Origin: Armatimonadota bacterium | GTDB lineage: Bacteria; Armatimonadota; HRBIN16 | Length of the DNA: 64,000 nucleotides | Assembly: GCA_963677485.1 (NCBI GenBank) | Contig: OY781964.1 | Span: forward strand, 3,328,001 to 3,392,000 | Direction of reading: 5' to 3' | Shown here: positions 28,608 to 38,318 of the stretch, in pieces | How the letters are laid out: each line of letters starts with the position of its first letter | Numbering within the stretch: position 1 is the stretch's first letter | Notes under the pieces: generated by a model | Seen by the model: only the letters and a program-made list of their open reading frames with translations | What the model was told of the DNA's origin: nothing | Databases searched by the model: none | Program-made: the position numbers and the translations under genes

Positions 28608-29666
28608 TTATGGCTTAGGCAAATGCCGTGCTGCTTTATGGATGGCCTTCCACTTAAGCCGTTCGGCATAATCGGCTGAGATGGTCTGCTTTTGAAGCTG
28701 GTGGGCTGCCTCGCGCATCAGCCGATGATAGCTATTGAGCCTGGACTGCTCAAGGGTTCCTGCATCAACCGCTTTCAACACCGCGCAGTCAGGTTCTGTC
28801 TGATGCTGGCAATCTGCAAACCGGCACAGCTTACCTAGCTCAGCGATGTATTCAAAACCCGCCTCGTTGCCCTCAACACCCCATAGCCCCAGCTCACGCA
28901 TTCCTGGAGTGTCCAGCACCATGGTCCCGGACGGTAGCAGATAGAGGTTTCGACTGGTTGTGGTGTGGCGACCTCTACTGTCGTCAGCCCGAACCTGTTG
29001 TGTGCTGGCCAACTCGTGACCGGCAAGTGCATTCAGCAATGTAGACTTGCCCGCGCCGCTTGAGCCGACGAGTGCTATGGTTCTGCCAGGCTGAAGGTGC
29101 CGGTCCAACTCGTCAAAACCCGACCCGGTGACGCTGCTGATGGCGATGCAGTCTACAGAGAGCATCCGCCGTTGCATCTGGTCCAGAACCCGCTGCCAGT
29201 CAGATTTGAGGTCTGACTTTGTCAGCACCAGCACAGGTTCGGCTCCGCTCTGCCAGGCCTGAGCCACATATCGTTCGATGCGGGCGGGGTTCAGGTCGAA
29301 GTCGAGCCCGGTGACCACAAACAGCGTGTCTATGTTCGCGGCAATGGGCTGCGGCTGCTCAGTTGGGCCTGCCTGTTTGCGCATAAACAGGCTCTGACGC
29401 TCCATCACCGCATCAATCAGTGCCATTTCGCCTATTGCGGGCAGAGCCCTTAGGTGAACCCAGTCGCCAACCGTGGGCATATCAAGCCGACTGGCGGCGT
29501 GGTGCTGCATCGCGCCGGTAGTCTGCGCCGGATGCATCCCATCGGTGCAGATTATCTCATATTGTGTGCGTGATTCGGACAGCACGCGAGCCATGATGGC
29601 TCCCTCACCGAACTGTTGGTCGGCCAGGAACTGTCTGGATGGATTCCATCCGTATTGTTGGATCAA
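28608..29666 (-). CDS. rsgA: Ribosome small subunit-dependent GTPase A
   Basis: PTVGDWV, IAANID, LTKSDL (G4), GSSGAGKST (G1), GRHTTT, DTPGMRE (G3), CRFADCQHQTEPDCAV zinc finger; TTG start with SD aggagg. Confidence 0.93.
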   Translation of the reverse strand: MIQQYGWNPSRQFLADQQFGEGAIMARVLSESRTQYEIICTDGMHPAQTTGAMQHHAASRLDMPTVGDWVHLRALPAIGEMALIDAVMERQSLFMRKQAGPTEQPQPIAANIDTLFVVTGLDFDLNPARIERYVAQAWQSGAEPVLVLTKSDLKSDWQRVLDQMQRRMLSVDCIAISSVTGSGFDELDRHLQPGRTIALVGSSGAGKSTLLNALAGHELASTQQVRADDSRGRHTTTSRNLYLLPSGTMVLDTPGMRELGLWGVEGNEAGFEYIAELGKLCRFADCQHQTEPDCAVLKAVDAGTLEQSRLNSYHRLMREAAHQLQKQTISADYAERLKWKAIHKAARHLPKP

Positions 29667-29759
29667 GGTGTGTTCCTCCTGCAGGAGATACTTGCGTGTG
29701 CTTGATTAGTGCGCGACAAGGCCTCAGGAGGGAACTCTGCCGGAGCTCAGACGAGCTGG

Positions 29760-29828
29760 CTAGAGGTGGAAGTCCCTGGAGGCGTGTCGCAGTGAACACA
29801 CAATCGCCGATGCTGTGTTGGTCTTCAT
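29760..29828 (-). CDS. Putative 22-aa leader peptide (uORF) of rsgA
   Basis: MKTNTASAIVCSLRHASRDFHL* with perfect SD aaggagg (29838-29844) 9 nt upstream. Confidence 0.65.
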   Translation of the reverse strand: MKTNTASAIVCSLRHASRDFHL

Positions 29829-29876
29829 AATACGAGTCCTCCTTGTGGTGGTTATTCGGCCATGGACCGATACGTT

Positions 29877-29906
29877 ATTGTATACCAGATATACTCCGTT
29901 TGACAA
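29877..29906 (-). promoter_or_regulatory. Putative sigma70 promoter for uORF-rsgA
   Basis: TTGTCA-N18-TACAAT on the minus strand. Confidence 0.5.
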
Positions 29907-29959
29907 GGCCTGCGGGTCAAGATAAACTGCACACAAGGAGATAGAAGGGAAAGAAGAAT

Positions 29960-30051
29960 GGAGATAGGAGAGCAGGAGAGGGGAGGAGCGGGAGAAGGGC
30001 AGCCGCCGTCCTACTCGTCCTACTCGTCATACTCGTCTTACAGGTCTTATA
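29960..30051 (+). repeat. Purine-rich ~8-mer tract followed by CGTCCTACT 9-mer array (5 units)
   Basis: ggagataggagagcaggagagg...cgtcctact cgtcctact cgtcatact cgtcttaca ggtcttata. Confidence 0.75.
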
Positions 30052-30145
30052 ATAAGCCTGTGTCCGGTGCGGTCTACCAGACAGCGGTCGCAAAGTTAGT
30101 CGCGAGCGGTTACGGGTTTCAGAGTGCATATACAATAGGGGTTTC

Positions 30146-33100
30146 ATGATGATACGACTGGTGCTTCTGGCGATTGTTATAACAATGGCGTTCATACCAA
30201 GACTTGTGGCCGCCAAAGGGGAGGCAGCACAATATTTCGTGCCGATTACCGAAGCGAAGCTTAAGCGTATTGATGGGAACCCAACCTTGCATATCAATGG
30301 TAAGCCGCAGCCTTTCATCGCCTGGGCGCAGTATGACACCTATCCCAACCTGGTGAAGACGGCTGTGCGGGCGGGTATACGCATCTACCAGCCGCGGCTG
30401 ATCGCCGGCTTCCAGACTGCCGAGTTCATCGAGAACCAGATGAAGGAGGTGCTTGCGAAAGACCCGAACGCCACTTTTCTACCCTCGATGTGGGTTGGTG
30501 GTGATCAGATATACGGGTTCGATAAACGCGACAGCGCAGAGTATAACACCGACACCGCAGCCTCCTGGAACGCCATCTCATTTGGATCGCAGGAGTGGGT
30601 GAACCGCGTGGAGCTTCAACTCAGGAGTAATATCCGCAAGCTGGAGAACGGCAAGTGGGCGGGGCACATCCTAGGGTATATGGTTTTAGCGGGCAATACC
30701 GGTGAATGGTTCTATGTGGACACCTACACCGACCGCGATTTTGACCGCAGTCTGGCCAATCAGGCTACTTGGCGTGAATGGCTGCGTAGCAAATACGGTG
30801 GTGATCTCCAAAAGCTGCGCTCGCTCTGGAAGCTACCAGACGTGAGTTTTGAAACCGCGGAAATCCCGGCCAAATCGGCAGGCAGCCCCTTCCTTGATCC
30901 GTCCAAACAACGCAATGTGGTGGACTATGTGCAGTATCACAACGAGCGAATTGCCGACGTGACCAGTCGGCTGGCCTCGGTGATCAAGCAAGAGACGCGC
31001 CGAAAGAAACTGGTGGCGATATACAGCGGTTACAATATGGAGCTTGGCGCATACGGGCCGATCGGCGGACAGTTGTGCATGCAGAAGATATTGGAATCCC
31101 CCGACATCGACCTGATCTTCTCACCGTTGGACTACACTGACCGCGGTTTTGATGGTTATACCGGCAGCCACGGCAGCATGGACTCCATACGCATCAACGG
31201 TAAAATGCATGTCGGCGAGGATGACTATTCTACACACATCGGCACCGACCACTGGGGTGCGCGACCGCTGGCGGCTGATGTGAAAGGATCACTGGCCCTG
31301 CACTGGCGGAACTTCGGATACACACTGACCAAAGGGTTTGGACAGTGGTGGTATGACGACAGCGGGTATGGCAGCTTTAACAACGCGAAACTGGTAAATG
31401 GCTTTCAGAAAATGACACAGATCGCCAATGCCGCCGTCAGTCTGCCACGGACATCCACCACTCAGGTGGCTCTGGTGGTCGATGAGTTTTCGCAGATGGT
31501 GCTGTCGAACAAGGCCTCTGCGTCGCCGTTGAACGCCCAGATGGCGAGTATTCGGTCGAAGCTCAGCCGCATCGGAGCCCCCTATGATGTGATCCTGCTG
31601 TCTGATGTGCTGAGTGGAAAAGCCCGATCCTACAAACTGCTGATCATGGCAAACGCCTATGCCTGGGACGCCGGCATGCGTAAACACTGGCAAGGGCTAG
31701 ACAAGCGCGGACAGACGGTGATGTGGCTGTATGCGCCGGGTTACTGGAGCCGCGACGCTGCGGGTGTGGACAGTTGCTCCGATAATGGGATCATGGAGCT
31801 GACAGGGTTGCCGATCAAGCTGGGTCCCAGCAAAACATATACTATCTCCGCTGTGAAGTCGGGTATACCGATCATGGATTCGCTGGCGAATGGCGATCCG
31901 CTGGCCAGTGTGCAGAACGAAATCCCGTTCGCGCATCTCACCGATGAGCGTGGGCTCACCGTACTGGGACGCACCGATGGTCAAGTTACCGCTGTGTTGA
32001 AACGCATGGATGGCTGGAGCGAGCTGTGGCTGGGGTCGCCCTCGGTCGCCTCCTCGCAATTCTACCAGGCAATAGGCAGGTTGGCGGGGGTGCATATCTA
32101 TTCCGATGCTGGCAGGGTGGTCAATGCGAACGCCTCGTTCGTGTTTGTGACTGTTCCGAAGGCCTCAGATGAGGTGATCAGGCTGCAGAGTGACCAGCCA
32201 GTGTATGACATCCAGAATGACAAAATGCTGCAGCCCGCCAAAGATGGTTCGCTGCATGTGCGTACCGAAGGCCCGACGACTATGGCACTATACCTGGGTA
32301 ACCGTGAGAAGCTGAAGCTGCCCGCAAGCCAGTTGCTCACCACCTCCCTAGCCAGGTTGGTGATACGAACCGCTGGAGAGACCTTGCAGGAGCAGCATCT
32401 GGATAGCACGACTACTCGCACCATTACTCTGGACACTGGGTCTGGCAGACAACTGGATGTGACCGGTATCACCAAAGAGGGCTACTACTTCTACCGCGAT
32501 GAGATGGAAATGCCGCCATTTTGGAGCTCGGACCGTCCCGACGTGGTTACGGTCGATATCCTCGGGTATGTGAAGGCGAATCAGCCCGGAGAGGCGGTCA
32601 TCACAGCCTCTGGGGTCGGTAAGTCTGCGACGATCAATCTCTCGGTAAAGGAACAGCCAAGGCAGTCCATCATCCGCGAGGTGACCGATGCAAAAGCGGT
32701 ATGGTCGACGTGGTCATCGGCGCATGGTCTGAACACCTTTGCGCTTGGCAAGCCCAACAGCTATGGCACCGCCTCTGTGCTCAAGAGTGCGGTGGGTGAG
32801 GATGGGCTGACTCGTCCGGAGGTGGTGCGCTTCCAGCCGTTGGTAAACGGGGAGCAGGTGGGTGTCTCCTTGAATAACGTGCCGGTACCAGCCAAAAGAA
32901 GCGTCAAGCTTGTGGCCCGATTCATCTTCCCCGCCAATACCGACCCGAAGAGTGCCGCGACGGTATACATCATCGGCTACGACAAGAAACTAACTGGTGT
33001 GTTGTCCAAGCAGATAGAGGCCAAACCCACCGGCAAGGGCACCACTATAGAGGCCGACCTCTCCGCATATACAGGGCAGGAGCTTCGGCTTGACTTCCTG

Positions 33101-33871
33101 GTGCGGCACCAGGATGGGACGCCTGTGGAAGCTTGCCGACTCGACCTGGCTGAAGCCTACATGACATGGGACGATGCCCTTGCGCAAAGATCACACATCG
33201 GCACGGCCTTTACGGAGATGAACCTTAGTGTTGCTACAGGGGCGGAGACGCAGCTCACGGCCGCCCGGAACTACTCCAATGGCAGCTCCGAGCCATGGCA
33301 GCCTGCTCCTGGAGCCGTCTGGGAGAGCAGCCGCCCGAACATCGTGGCAGTAGGCGCTGATGGCCGCATCACCGGGCTCAAGCAGGGCGATGCGAAGATC
33401 ACACTGCTCACCCCCAAGACCTCGGTGGGTGGTCCGTTGATGCTGGAGTGCTTCGTGCATGTTGGTCAGTCGGTCGTTAATGATGCTGTAGTGAAGCCGA
33501 TGGGCTTGATTGCCTCGAAGCCGTATGTGCTGCTTCAACCCGGCCAAGCATTTCACACGGAGCTGCGCGAAATCACGAACCGCGGGTATTTTCGGTACCC
33601 ATCGGCATCCGTGAGATACACGGTTAAGCAGGGCCATGCGGTGACGGTGTCAGCCGATGGCTTGGTCAAAGCACTGCAGTCCGGGTTGGCGATCATTCAA
33701 GCTGATATGGGGATCCATCGCACGGAATACCTGGTGGAAGTGCGCAAGCCAGGGCAACGGTTGACGTGGGAAGCGCCGTTCATGTGGTCCATATTCGAGC
33801 GTATGCCCGATTACGACTACAGCAAGATTCTCGCTTACCGGTATTCGGGTTTGCGGCTGGCTGAAGACTGA
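30146..33871 (+). CDS. Secreted GH42-like beta-galactosidase with C-terminal Big_2 Ig-like domains
   Basis: Signal peptide; PTLHINGKP, GNTGEWF, WREWLRSKYG..L..LW, IGAPYDVILLSD; WSSDRPDVVTVD..G.V and WESSRPNIVAVGADG.I Big_2 motifs. Confidence 0.65.
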   Translation: MMIRLVLLAIVITMAFIPRLVAAKGEAAQYFVPITEAKLKRIDGNPTLHINGKPQPFIAWAQYDTYPNLVKTAVRAGIRIYQPRLIAGFQTAEFIENQMKEVLAKDPNATFLPSMWVGGDQIYGFDKRDSAEYNTDTAASWNAISFGSQEWVNRVELQLRSNIRKLENGKWAGHILGYMVLAGNTGEWFYVDTYTDRDFDRSLANQATWREWLRSKYGGDLQKLRSLWKLPDVSFETAEIPAKSAGSPFLDPSKQRNVVDYVQYHNERIADVTSRLASVIKQETRRKKLVAIYSGYNMELGAYGPIGGQLCMQKILESPDIDLIFSPLDYTDRGFDGYTGSHGSMDSIRINGKMHVGEDDYSTHIGTDHWGARPLAADVKGSLALHWRNFGYTLTKGFGQWWYDDSGYGSFNNAKLVNGFQKMTQIANAAVSLPRTSTTQVALVVDEFSQMVLSNKASASPLNAQMASIRSKLSRIGAPYDVILLSDVLSGKARSYKLLIMANAYAWDAGMRKHWQGLDKRGQTVMWLYAPGYWSRDAAGVDSCSDNGIMELTGLPIKLGPSKTYTISAVKSGIPIMDSLANGDPLASVQNEIPFAHLTDERGLTVLGRTDGQVTAVLKRMDGWSELWLGSPSVASSQFYQAIGRLAGVHIYSDAGRVVNANASFVFVTVPKASDEVIRLQSDQPVYDIQNDKMLQPAKDGSLHVRTEGPTTMALYLGNREKLKLPASQLLTTSLARLVIRTAGETLQEQHLDSTTTRTITLDTGSGRQLDVTGITKEGYYFYRDEMEMPPFWSSDRPDVVTVDILGYVKANQPGEAVITASGVGKSATINLSVKEQPRQSIIREVTDAKAVWSTWSSAHGLNTFALGKPNSYGTASVLKSAVGEDGLTRPEVVRFQPLVNGEQVGVSLNNVPVPAKRSVKLVARFIFPANTDPKSAATVYIIGYDKKLTGVLSKQIEAKPTGKGTTIEADLSAYTGQELRLDFLVRHQDGTPVEACRLDLAEAYMTWDDALAQRSHIGTAFTEMNLSVATGAETQLTAARNYSNGSSEPWQPAPGAVWESSRPNIVAVGADGRITGLKQGDAKITLLTPKTSVGGPLMLECFVHVGQSVVNDAVVKPMGLIASKPYVLLQPGQAFHTELREITNRGYFRYPSASVRYTVKQGHAVTVSADGLVKALQSGLAIIQADMGIHRTEYLVEVRKPGQRLTWEAPFMWSIFERMPDYDYSKILAYRYSGLRLAED

Positions 33872-33880
33872 ACATCGTGT

Positions 33881-33909
33881 TTGACATCGAAATGGCGTCA
33901 GGATAGACT
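33881..33909 (+). promoter_or_regulatory. sigma70-type promoter
   Basis: TTGACA-N17-TAGACT. Confidence 0.65.
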
Positions 33910-33957
33910 ACAGACAAGCGGTTCGTCGAAACCAAACTGCCGTGTTTGAGGATATAG

Positions 33958-35898
33958 ATGATTTCATGCTCCTTCGTTCGTCAGGCCCTGCTCGCGGCTG
34001 TGGGCATTTTGACGGCTGCCGTCGTCGCACCTGTGTCTGCTGGAGATAATGGATTGATAGACATCATACCGAAACCTGTGAAAGCCGAGTTGCATCAAGG
34101 CCGCTTCGAGCTCAAGCCGACCACCGTGATCAGCACGGCCAGTTCATCACGAAAGGCAAAGGCGGTGGCTGAGCTGCTGGCCGAAGCTTTCCGGCCACCT
34201 ACTGGCTATCCAATGAAGCTGGTGGTGGGAGGCAACCCGACCTCTGATGCCATCGTGCTCAGCCTCTCTGGTGCCGATAAGTCTCTAGGACCAGAGGGTT
34301 ATCAGCTTGTGGTCACACCGAAGCTGGTGACCATCAAGGCCAAGGACGCCAGAGGGCTGTTCTATGGTGTCCAGAGTTTACGGCAGCTTCTGCCCGCCCA
34401 GGTCGAGAACCCCGAGCTGGTCAAAGGCGTCACCTGGAGTGTGCCGTGTGTGAGCATCAGCGATACCCCGCGCTTCTCCTGGCGCGGCTTGATGCTGGAC
34501 ACCAGTCGCACATTTCAGCCGTTGAACTATCTGAAGCGTCAGATCGATCTGATGGCTCTCTACAAGCTGAACGTGCTGCATTTGCATCTGACGGACGACC
34601 AGGGCTGGCGGATAGAGATCAAGAAATATCCGAGGCTGACCACGGTTGGAAGCAAGTTCGATGTGCGCTATAACCAGTTTGGCGGTTACTACACACAGAA
34701 CGATATCAAAGAGTTGGTGAAATACGCGGCCAGCCGTAATGTGATGATTGTGCCCGAAATTGAGATGCCCGGTCATAGTGCGGCGGCGGTACGCGCCTAT
34801 CCATGGCTCTCCTGCAAGGGTGTGACGCCTGTGATCTTCCCCTTCATGGAGGGGCTGGTGCCAGGACTACAGCCGGATGTGTTCTGCCCAGGTCAGGATC
34901 GCACAATTCAATTCCTTGAGGATGTGCTGGCTGAGGTGGCGGAGCTGTTTCCGTCGCCCTTTATTCATATCGGCGGCGACGAGGTTGACAAAACCCGCTG
35001 GCGCGAATGTCCGCACTGCCAGGCCCGAATTAAGGCCGAAAAGCTGAAAGATGAGTTTGAGCTTCAGAGCTACTTCGTTAAGCGGATAGAGCAGTTCTTG
35101 ATCACTAAGCACAAAAGACTGATGGGCTGGGACGAGATTATGGAGGGCGGTTTGGCCCCTAATGCCGCCGTGATGTCCTGGCGCAGTATCGATTTTGGGA
35201 TGAAGGCGATAGATGAGGGGCATGATGTGGTGTTCACCCCGGTGCAGTATGGCTATTTCGACTACACCAACGCGTCTTTCAACACCGAAAATGTCTATTC
35301 GTATGAACCTGTGGGTGCTGCGATCAGCAGCAAGCAGGCGAAGCATGTTCTGGGTGCTCAAGCAAGCCTGTGGACTCACATGGCGCGTGGCGAAGACACC
35401 AGCAATCTGCAGCTGTTTCCCCGTCTGATCGCCATGGCTGAGGTCGTCTGGTCGGCACGAGAAGCCCGCAATCTCGCGGATTTTAAGGCGCGTTTAGAAC
35501 ACCATTTCCCGCGGCTCGATGAGCTTCAGGTGGCTTACAGCAGGGTCAGTTACGGCGTTGAGGTTGGTGCGTGGGATGAGAAAACCATCAAGTCCGAGTA
35601 TCAAACCAGTGAGTGGGATATCAGTTCGAATGTCGATTCGTCTGGCGTTATACTGGTGAGACCAGAGTATCGTTGGGAACGTCCCTTGACTGCTGAGTGG
35701 GTGGCTTTGCTGGAGGATGGCAGGGAGTTGGTGCGTGATACCCACGCAGGCTACACCGGACCTGACGGTGATCGGAATAACGTCTACCGATTACCGTTGA
35801 GTGATTGGAAGCCTGGGGCGAAGTATACAGTAAGGGCGAGTGTGCGTGGAGAGGGTGGGACCAACTCAAGCGGCGTGATACTTCTTGATAAGGAATAG
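33958..35898 (+). CDS. GH20 beta-N-acetylhexosaminidase
   Basis: DTPRFSWRGLMLDTSR, HLHLTDDQGWRIEI, VPEIEMPGH, HIGGDEV (catalytic DE), GWDEI; signal peptide. Confidence 0.93.
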   Translation: MISCSFVRQALLAAVGILTAAVVAPVSAGDNGLIDIIPKPVKAELHQGRFELKPTTVISTASSSRKAKAVAELLAEAFRPPTGYPMKLVVGGNPTSDAIVLSLSGADKSLGPEGYQLVVTPKLVTIKAKDARGLFYGVQSLRQLLPAQVENPELVKGVTWSVPCVSISDTPRFSWRGLMLDTSRTFQPLNYLKRQIDLMALYKLNVLHLHLTDDQGWRIEIKKYPRLTTVGSKFDVRYNQFGGYYTQNDIKELVKYAASRNVMIVPEIEMPGHSAAAVRAYPWLSCKGVTPVIFPFMEGLVPGLQPDVFCPGQDRTIQFLEDVLAEVAELFPSPFIHIGGDEVDKTRWRECPHCQARIKAEKLKDEFELQSYFVKRIEQFLITKHKRLMGWDEIMEGGLAPNAAVMSWRSIDFGMKAIDEGHDVVFTPVQYGYFDYTNASFNTENVYSYEPVGAAISSKQAKHVLGAQASLWTHMARGEDTSNLQLFPRLIAMAEVVWSAREARNLADFKARLEHHFPRLDELQVAYSRVSYGVEVGAWDEKTIKSEYQTSEWDISSNVDSSGVILVRPEYRWERPLTAEWVALLEDGRELVRDTHAGYTGPDGDRNNVYRLPLSDWKPGAKYTVRASVRGEGGTNSSGVILLDKE

Positions 35899-35978
35899 CC
35901 TGAGCTGAAGCCAACACCAGGTGACAGTATATGAGACTGTTGCGTGGCCCGTATCGATAAACGAAAGCTGAGAGACAA

Positions 35979-37007
35979 ATGGCAAAACGAATAGATCACG
36001 TAGGGATCTGGACCTGGGGCGGACGAGTCTACAACTGGAAAAGGTTCATCGACAACATGCAGGCCGCGCGAATGGACACCGCGGTGTTCTGGCACACCGA
36101 TAAACCGACACCGGCGGCCGCCGAGATACAGAGGTATGCCCGTGAGCGTGGTGTTTCCATGCTGTGGGGCTTCAACTGGAGCTGGAACAGCCCGGTCTGT
36201 CTGAACAGCCGCGAGGATGCGCAGAAATGGGCGAAGATCGTCACGGAGCTGATTGACGAGCACTATGCGCCGCTGAACTGCGATGGTATCGTGTTTCAAG
36301 TGGGCGGCACTGAGCTGACCTCCACATGCCGCCTGGATTGCGAGGTATGTAAACATGCTTATGCCACCGGCATCGGGCCGCTGTATGTGAAGTTCGCGGG
36401 TCACATCATGGACGCTGTGCGTGCGAAACATCCCAAACTGAAGCTGTTGGCGAACATCCACGCCGGAGCCACGCGTGAGAGCTATACCGCACTGAGCGCC
36501 ATTGACCCCGCGGTGAATATCATGTGGGAGGACATTCCAGGCCCGGGTTGGAACATCCGCGTGCCGTTTGCGTATGATTGGGCGCCAGAAACCAGCGATC
36601 TCGACACCGCCACCATGACCATGGTTCGTAAGACGGCGTCACTGCGAGGCAGCCAGGAGGATGTGGCCTACATCCTGAAGGGCTTTCCCGCGCACTGGGG
36701 TGGGGATGTGCCCATGCTGATGGAGGAGTTCGAACTGGAGCTGCTGAACCAGCATCGCCAGTCTCACTGGGATGTCGCGTCAGGGTATGTGGAGCGCAAA
36801 CTCGATCAAGCCCTTCGGGTGCTGCGGGTGATCGCGGATTCGCCAGCGAGGCAGAAGACCGTGTTGATGCTGGTGGAGTGCGGTCTTTGGGAGTTGCGAC
36901 GCCGTTACCCGGTCGAATTAGTAGTGGAGGGTTGCAAGAACCCTTACCGCGAACCTGAAGAGGTGATCGCCGCCACCGTGGCCCGGCTTGGTGGTAAACC
37001 CGTGTGA
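35979..37007 (+). CDS. Hypothetical protein, probable TIM-barrel, with CRLDCEVC motif
   Basis: Long ORF with alternating alpha/beta pattern, co-oriented with neighbours; no family recognised. Confidence 0.6.
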   Translation: MAKRIDHVGIWTWGGRVYNWKRFIDNMQAARMDTAVFWHTDKPTPAAAEIQRYARERGVSMLWGFNWSWNSPVCLNSREDAQKWAKIVTELIDEHYAPLNCDGIVFQVGGTELTSTCRLDCEVCKHAYATGIGPLYVKFAGHIMDAVRAKHPKLKLLANIHAGATRESYTALSAIDPAVNIMWEDIPGPGWNIRVPFAYDWAPETSDLDTATMTMVRKTASLRGSQEDVAYILKGFPAHWGGDVPMLMEEFELELLNQHRQSHWDVASGYVERKLDQALRVLRVIADSPARQKTVLMLVECGLWELRRRYPVELVVEGCKNPYREPEEVIAATVARLGGKPV

Positions 37008-37040
37008 ATGGCAGACCCGAGAAGGCGGTATCGCAAATAA

Positions 37041-37074
37041 CGTCCTACTCGTCTTACTCATCCTACCCGTCCTA
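37041..37074 (+). repeat. CGTCCTACT 9-mer array (about 4 units)
   Basis: cgtcctact cgtcttact catcctacc cgtccta. Confidence 0.75.
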
Positions 37075-37105
37075 AAAACAATGTGCCTGAAAAAAGGGAA
37101 TAACA

Positions 37106-38002
37106 ATGGACACCACAAAACCGAAACTATACCCGCGACTGATCGGCCCATGGAAAACCGCCCGGCCGATTGTGGCCAACGGCGAATGGCACAGCGACAT
37201 GTGCATGATTGAGGATAAGCTGGGACGATGGCACTGCATCGGCATCAGCCAGCCCGACTCCAGCATGTTCCATGCGGTGGGGAGCCGGCTGGAAAGCCAG
37301 TATAAATACCTGCCACGCATCAGTTGTGATGACCCGTTGATCGACCACATGTGGGCACCATTTGCGATATGGAAAGACAAGAACACCGCCTATCTGTATT
37401 ACTCTCACATGAGCAAGGTCTCGCAGAGCATCCGGTTGTTCGTGTCCCATGACCCGAAACTGGAGAAGTGGGAGCCATACACCGGCCCTGAGCTTCAAGG
37501 CAACCTGGTCTTCTCCGAGGAGGGTGACCGCGACGCCTGTGTGTTCTACGATAAGGCCGAGAAGTGCTACCTGATGTACTATGCCAGCACCGGGCCGATC
37601 AAAGTGCGCAAGTCGCTCGATCTGTTGAAGTGGTCGGAGCCTATTGTTGTCATAGGAAACATGCCAGAGCCATATAAGTGCGGGGAGTCGCCGTTTGTGA
37701 TCAAGAAGGACGACTGGTACTACTTGTTCGTCAGCGGCTTTGATTACGGCCGTGTCTCCGTGTATGCCAGCAAGAGCCCGTACCACTTCGGTGATTCCAC
37801 CGTCGACCGGTTGTATGAGATCAGCGGTCATGCTCCCGAGATGGTGAGGGCGGGGCGGAATGACTTCGTGGTCTGCGCGGCCGTTCATAGCCGTATCGGC
37901 GGTTTACCGGGCGAGAGCGACCTGAACAGCGTCTACCTGCAGAAGCTGGAGTGGGTCAGCTGGGATAAGGCCCTGGCTGCGTCTTTGCAGGTGAAGCCGT
38001 AG
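37106..38002 (+). CDS. Five-bladed beta-propeller glycoside hydrolase (GH43/GH32-like)
   Basis: HSDMC, MWAP, RDAC, SLDLLKWSEP, ESPFV..KDDWYYLF, HAPE. Confidence 0.7.
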   Translation: MDTTKPKLYPRLIGPWKTARPIVANGEWHSDMCMIEDKLGRWHCIGISQPDSSMFHAVGSRLESQYKYLPRISCDDPLIDHMWAPFAIWKDKNTAYLYYSHMSKVSQSIRLFVSHDPKLEKWEPYTGPELQGNLVFSEEGDRDACVFYDKAEKCYLMYYASTGPIKVRKSLDLLKWSEPIVVIGNMPEPYKCGESPFVIKKDDWYYLFVSGFDYGRVSVYASKSPYHFGDSTVDRLYEISGHAPEMVRAGRNDFVVCAAVHSRIGGLPGESDLNSVYLQKLEWVSWDKALAASLQVKP

Positions 38003-38074
38003 GGGTGGAGTGCTATCTTCGCCCATACATACAAAATTGGGGTCGTGCGTCAAGAATCTGGACATTCGACCGTG

Positions 38075-38191
38075 CCACGCGCTAAAGCACATGGCTATTG
38101 ACTAGCCAAGCCTGCTGAAGCAGGCTCTGATCGTCAGGCCAGACTGCTTCAGCAGTCTTCATAGTCAATAGCCGAGACATTTATGTCGCGG
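38075..38191. repeat. Composite palindromic element (REPIN/MITE-like)
   Basis: Ends ccacgcgctaaagcaca / gacatttatgtcgcgg, arms ggctattgacta / tagtcaatagcc, inner hairpins agcctgctgaagcaggct and agactgcttcagcagtct; ends shared with 44376-44777. Confidence 0.8.
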
Positions 38192-38318
38192 AATCGGCGG
38201 AAAATGGCTTATCTGACACACAGGGCTATCGTTCAGGGGCGAAGGCAATGCGGTATCTATACAGAAACGGCACCATGTCGCAGGTTACGGCAGATCATGA
38301 CGACACAAGGAGATATCA

